Part shown: positions 14,195 through 17,397 of the stretch, piece by piece
Position numbering within the stretch: the stretch's first letter is position 1
How the letters are laid out: each line of letters opens with the position of its first letter
Assembly: GCA_964457525.1 (NCBI GenBank)
Contig: CAYWGS010000025.1
Span: 1-17,397 of the forward strand
Direction: 5' to 3'
DNA from: an uncultured Erysipelotrichaceae bacterium
GTDB lineage: Bacteria > Bacillota_I > Bacilli_A > Erysipelotrichales > Erysipelotrichaceae
Length of the DNA stretch: 17,397 nt
Made by a program: the position numbers and the translations under genes
Notes under the pieces: generated by a model
Database searches by the model: none
The model's input: the letters and a program-made list of their open reading frames with translations, nothing else
What the model was told of the DNA's origin: nothing

Positions 14195-14226
14195 CAAAAT
14201 AAAACAACTATTTTAATAATAGTTGT
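14195..14226 (-). terminator. Rho-independent terminator of the ABC-F gene (the hairpin is symmetric and usable on both strands)
   Basis: The stem is ACAACTATT-TTAAT-AATAGTTGT (14204-14226). On the minus strand it is followed by TTTTATTTT. On the plus strand it is followed by CATTTTTT. Confidence 0.75.
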
Positions 14227-14232
14227 CATTTT

Positions 14233-15789
14233 TTATACGATTTTTGTTGTCCAATTCTCAACATTCCAAACATCACTGACGATATCACGATAGAATTCTG
14301 GTTCATGACTTACAAGTACAATCGTACCCTTATATTCTTGTAAAGCGCGTTTCAATTCATCTTTCGCATCTACATCTAAATGGTTTGTTGGTTCATCTAA
14401 TATAAGGACATTGCTTGGTGTATTGATGATTTTGCATAAACGTACTTTAGCTTGTTCACCCCCACTTAGTACTGAGATTTTAGACTCAAGTTGTTGGCGT
14501 GTTAATCCTACTTTCGCAAGTGCATTTCGTACTTCGAGTTGATTCATACTTGGAAATGCTTTCCAAACATCTTCAATACAGGTTAAATTAACATCTTTCT
14601 TATTTTCTTGTTCAAAATATCCAATATATAAGAATTCACCTCTACGAACATCTCCTTCAAATGGATCAATTAGACCTAAGATACTTTTGAGTAAAGTTGA
14701 TTTACCTAAACCATTTGCACCCGTTAAGGCAATTTTTTGTCCACGTTCGATGATGAACTTAAGTGGTTTAGATAATGCGGAATCATAACCAATCACAAGA
14801 TTTTCTGTTTCCACAATAACTCTTCCTGAGGTACGAGCTTGTTTAATATTAAATACGGGTTTTGGTTTCTCTGGATTAAGCTCAATGCGTTCCATCTTAT
14901 CCAAAACTTTTTGACGCGATGCCGCAATTCCACGCGTCGCAACACGCGCTTTATTACGCGCTACAAAGTCTTCTAATCGAGCAATTTCAGATTTTTGTCT
15001 TTCATAACTTTGTTCGAGTGCATACTTATTCATTTCATAGATACGTAAGAAATCATTGTATCCACCAACATAGCGTGTTAATTTCAAATTCTCCACATGA
15101 TAAATTAAGTTTACTACTTCATCTAAGAATGGAATATCATGAGATATTAGAATAAAAGCATTCTCATATTCTTGTAAATATCGTTTTAACCAAACAATAT
15201 GTTCTTCATCTAAATAGTTCGTTGGTTCATCGAGTAATAAGATATCCGGTTCTTCTAACAATAACTTGGTTAATAGGACCTTTGTTCTTTGACCACCACT
15301 CAACTCATCCACATCGCGATCTAAACCAATACTGGATAAGCCCAATGCGGACGCAACTTCTTCTATTCGTATATCAATCTTATAGAAATCATGGTGGTCT
15401 AACATATCCTGTAATACACCAATCTTTTCTAATGCTTTATCCATATCCATATCTGGATCACTTGCCATTTGATTGTAGAGTTCCATGATTTCAGCTTCCG
15501 CATCCAATAAGTATTGAAATGCTTTTTGAAGATTCTCACGAATGGTCGTTCCTTTTTCTAGGACTGCGTGTTGATCTAGATATCCAACACGAACTTTAGA
15601 TGCCCAAGATACTTTACCTTCATCTGGAACTAACTTCCCTGTTAATACACTAAAAAAGGTTGATTTACCTTCTCCATTGGCTCCAATTAAACCAACATGT
15701 TCACCTTTAAGTAAACGGAAAGATACATCTTCAAATATCGCACGATCACCAAATCCATGGCTTAAATTTTCTACAGTACAAATACTCAT
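14233..15789 (-). CDS. ABC-F family ATPase (two tandem ABC domains, no TM domain; translation-factor type)
   Basis: Two Walker A motifs (GANGEGKST, GANGLGKST). Two signature motifs (LSGGQRTKV, LSGGEQAKV). Two Walker B motifs (LLLDEPTNYLD, LILDEPTNHLD). A charged inter-domain linker (ERQKSEIARLEDFVARNKARVATRG). 518 aa. Shine-Dalgarno GGAGGA. Confidence 0.9.
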   Translation of the reverse strand: MSICTVENLSHGFGDRAIFEDVSFRLLKGEHVGLIGANGEGKSTFFSVLTGKLVPDEGKVSWASKVRVGYLDQHAVLEKGTTIRENLQKAFQYLLDAEAEIMELYNQMASDPDMDMDKALEKIGVLQDMLDHHDFYKIDIRIEEVASALGLSSIGLDRDVDELSGGQRTKVLLTKLLLEEPDILLLDEPTNYLDEEHIVWLKRYLQEYENAFILISHDIPFLDEVVNLIYHVENLKLTRYVGGYNDFLRIYEMNKYALEQSYERQKSEIARLEDFVARNKARVATRGIAASRQKVLDKMERIELNPEKPKPVFNIKQARTSGRVIVETENLVIGYDSALSKPLKFIIERGQKIALTGANGLGKSTLLKSILGLIDPFEGDVRRGEFLYIGYFEQENKKDVNLTCIEDVWKAFPSMNQLEVRNALAKVGLTRQQLESKISVLSGGEQAKVRLCKIINTPSNVLILDEPTNHLDVDAKDELKRALQEYKGTIVLVSHEPEFYRDIVSDVWNVENWTTKIV

Positions 15790-15816
15790 AAATCCTCCAA
15801 ATCAAACACAATCGCT

Positions 15817-15845
15817 ATCATACACGAGTTAATCATGACTTTCAA
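15817..15845 (-). promoter_or_regulatory. Putative sigma-A promoter of the ABC-F gene
   Basis: The minus strand reads TTGAAA (15845-15840), a 17-bp spacer, then TATGAT (15822-15817). The leader is only about 20 nt long. Confidence 0.5.
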
Positions 15846-15872
15846 GTTTTATCAATTTGTTAGTCAACATTA

Positions 15873-15904
15873 TTGACAGATTATAAATTTATATTTATTA
15901 TAAT
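15873..15904 (+). promoter_or_regulatory. perR-dps promoter with the 16-nt box (copy 2) in the spacer
   Basis: TTGACA (15873-15878) is followed by either a 17-bp spacer and TATTAT (15896-15901) or a 20-bp spacer and TATAAT (15899-15904). The box AGATTATAAATTTATA occupies 15878-15893, between the two hexamers. Confidence 0.6.
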
Positions 15905-15910
15905 ATTGTA

Positions 15911-16336
15911 ATGGTTATAAAAATGAAAACTTTTGAACAAATCAGAGACAACTTAATTGAACATGGTGTAAGACCTTCAAACTATCGTATCCGTATTTTA
16001 CAATGCTTAGAAGATGATACATTTCATCCTACAGCAGACCAAATGTATCATAGACTATTGAGTGAGTTCCCAACATTATCTAAAATGTCTGTCTATAACT
16101 CAATTGATGCATTATTAGAGGCAAACTTAATACGTGAAGTTACGATTGAAAACAATGAAGTTCGATACGATTCAAAGTTGCTTGACCACGGTCATTTCAA
16201 GTGTAATCATTGCGGAAAAATCTATAATTTCGAAATTGATTTCAGCACCATCCGCTTAAATGGATTAGATCAATTCTTAATTAAAGATCAAGATTTCTTT
16301 CTTAAAGGACTTTGTCCAGAGTGTCAAATTAAATAA
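15911..16336 (+). CDS. Fur-family transcriptional regulator, PerR-like
   Basis: It aligns without gaps to B. subtilis PerR from HPTAD through the CxxC motif. This gives equivalents of H37 (H39 here), N61 (N63), D85 (D87), H91 and H93 (DHGHF), Cys4 zinc site CNHC...CPEC. It is followed 15 nt later by dps. An alternative start is ATG 15923. Confidence 0.8.
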   Translation: MVIKMKTFEQIRDNLIEHGVRPSNYRIRILQCLEDDTFHPTADQMYHRLLSEFPTLSKMSVYNSIDALLEANLIREVTIENNEVRYDSKLLDHGHFKCNHCGKIYNFEIDFSTIRLNGLDQFLIKDQDFFLKGLCPECQIK

Positions 16337-16351
16337 ATAAAGGAGATTAAA

Positions 16352-16780
16352 ATGAAAAACGTACACACTTATTTCTCAAACCTAGCAATTTGGAATGTAA
16401 AATTGCACAACTACCACTGGAATGTTGTTGGAAAACAATTCATGCCTGTCCACACATTCACTGAAGAAGTTTATGACAATGTATTTGAACAATACGATAC
16501 GGTCGCAGAATTATTAAAGATGCGTGGTCAAACCCCACTTGTGACAGTTAAGGATTACTTGGCACATGCGACAATTGAAGAAGTTGGAGCTAAAGACTTC
16601 AGTACAGAAGAAGTATTAAAGGCAGTTCATGCAGAAATGGGTCTAATGAAAGACTTAGCTTACGCAATCCGCAATGAAGCAGATGAAGCAAATGATGCGA
16701 CGATGGTTGCAGCATTCGAAGACTTTATTGCTTACTATGAAAAACAAATGTGGTTTATCCAAGCCATGTTAAAAGCTTAA
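16352..16780 (+). CDS. dps: Dps-family DNA-protecting ferritin-like protein
   Basis: 142 aa. Dps ferroxidase-site context is visible: WNVKLHNYHWNV.G..F...H and EQYDTVAE (His...His...Asp/Glu pattern). Shine-Dalgarno AAAGGAGA. Confidence 0.9.
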   Translation: MKNVHTYFSNLAIWNVKLHNYHWNVVGKQFMPVHTFTEEVYDNVFEQYDTVAELLKMRGQTPLVTVKDYLAHATIEEVGAKDFSTEEVLKAVHAEMGLMKDLAYAIRNEADEANDATMVAAFEDFIAYYEKQMWFIQAMLKA

Positions 16781-16788
16781 GTAAACAG

Positions 16789-16816
16789 AGTTCAACAAAT
16801 AGTTGAACTTTTTTTA
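16789..16816 (+). terminator. Rho-independent terminator after dps
   Basis: The sequence is AGTTCAAC-AAATA-GTTGAACT followed by TTTTTTT. Confidence 0.75.
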
Positions 16817-16825
16817 TATTTTAAC

Positions 16826-16854
16826 TAGACAGATCGATATTAACTATTTAGAAT
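16826..16854 (+). promoter_or_regulatory. Putative sigma-A promoter of the flavin reductase gene
   Basis: TAGACA (16826-16831), a 17-bp spacer, then TAGAAT (16849-16854). Confidence 0.45.
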
Positions 16855-16886
16855 ATTAACAATGTCATTAGAAAACGGAGTACGTT

Positions 16887-17396
16887 ATGTCTAGTTTTAA
16901 GTTAATCAGTACAGAAGAAATTAAGTCCAATCCCTTTCATTTAATCGGTAAAGAATGGATGTTAGTTACCGCAGAAATGAATGGTCAAGTTAATACGATG
17001 ACCGCAAACTGGGGTGGTGTTGGTGTGATGTGGAATAAAGATGTTGTGTTTGTAGTTATTCGCCCTTCACGCTATACCAAAGAATTTGTCGATCATGCGA
17101 GTACCTTCTCACTTACCTTCTTTGATCAAAGTCATCGTAAAGATTTAGCTTATTTAGGAAGTGTATCTGGACGCAATGAAGATAAGATTGCGAAAACAGA
17201 TCTAGAAATCACGTATCAAGATAACACTCCATTCTTTAATGAAGCTAAAACTGTTCTAATTTGTAAGAAGTTATACGCTCAACCCTACAACAAAGAGTCT
17301 TTCATTGATTTAGTTATTGAGAATCAAGTCTATAACGGTCAAGATTACCATACTCTTTATATTGCGGAAATCACAAAAGTCCTCGTATCTGAATAA
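16887..17396 (+). CDS. Flavin reductase-like FMN-binding domain protein
   Basis: 169 aa. The sequence NPFHLIGKEWMLVTAE...NTMTANWGGVGVMWNKDVVFVVIRPSRYT fits the flavin-reductase-like split-barrel family. Shine-Dalgarno ACGGAG. The stop codon is at 17394-17396. Confidence 0.75.
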   Translation: MSSFKLISTEEIKSNPFHLIGKEWMLVTAEMNGQVNTMTANWGGVGVMWNKDVVFVVIRPSRYTKEFVDHASTFSLTFFDQSHRKDLAYLGSVSGRNEDKIAKTDLEITYQDNTPFFNEAKTVLICKKLYAQPYNKESFIDLVIENQVYNGQDYHTLYIAEITKVLVSE

Positions 17397-17397
17397 A

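Noticed and set aside
14919-15488. Plus-strand ORFs 14919-15155 and 15222-15488, opposite the ABC-F gene.
   Set aside because: They are antisense to a CDS carrying both Walker A, signature and Walker B sets. They have no translation signals. The His/Leu/Tyr-rich sequences have no recognisable fold.
14233-15845. The ABC-F protein considered as an antibiotic-resistance (ARE) ribosomal protection factor.
   Set aside because: The predicted leader is only about 20 nt and has no attenuator or leader peptide, unlike typical inducible ARE ABC-F genes. There are no neighbouring resistance or mobility genes. The subclass cannot be assigned without a phylogeny, so only a generic ABC-F call is made.
1-17397. 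Looked for CRISPR repeats, tRNA/rRNA, IS elements, integrases, long direct or inverted repeats marking an island, riboswitch-sized leaders and defence-system genes.
   Set aside because: None were found. The largest non-coding gap is 187 bp (14046-14232), and every gap is accounted for by promoters, operators or terminators. No periodic repeat arrays were seen, and there are no recombinase- or nuclease-like ORFs.

Overview
This is an AT-rich, gene-dense chromosomal segment that looks like a low-GC Gram-positive (Bacillota-type) genome. The species cannot be assigned from the sequence alone. I support 21 protein-coding genes. Twenty come from the ORF track, six of them with corrected starts, and one is a 45-codon ORF missing from the track. 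I see no rRNA, tRNA, CRISPR array, transposase, integrase or other mobile-element signature. Gene order: (-) secreted DUF2202 ferritin-like protein; (-) thioredoxin-like / rhodanese / CoA-disulfide(persulfide) reductase-rhodanese operon; (-) stand-alone PTS EIIB; (-) GNAT, PNPOx-family protein and an aldo/keto reductase; (+) a second aldo/keto reductase; (-) BceRS-BceAB-type peptide-antibiotic sensing/detoxification module; (-) DtxR-like repressor, FeoA, FeoB and a FeoB-associated Cys-rich mini-protein; (-) ABC-F ATPase; (+) PerR-like Fur-family regulator plus Dps; (+) flavin reductase. The common theme is thiol/sulfur, carbonyl, iron and peroxide stress. I do not see a convincing new multi-gene machine such as a defence system. 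What the ORF list does not explain is mostly regulatory: (1) two MerR-type 19-bp-spacer promoters share a GAGTTAACTC dyad in front of two different aldo/keto reductases, with no MerR gene present; (2) a BceR-type inverted repeat plus half-site sits upstream of a terminator that is embedded in the bceA promoter; (3) a 19-bp motif occurs twice in the feo operon next to a DtxR that looks split from its FeoA/SH3 domain; (4) an identical 16-nt palindromic box lies in the perR promoter and upstream of the feo operon, flanking the ABC-F gene. All functional calls rest on motif recognition by eye. No searches were run.
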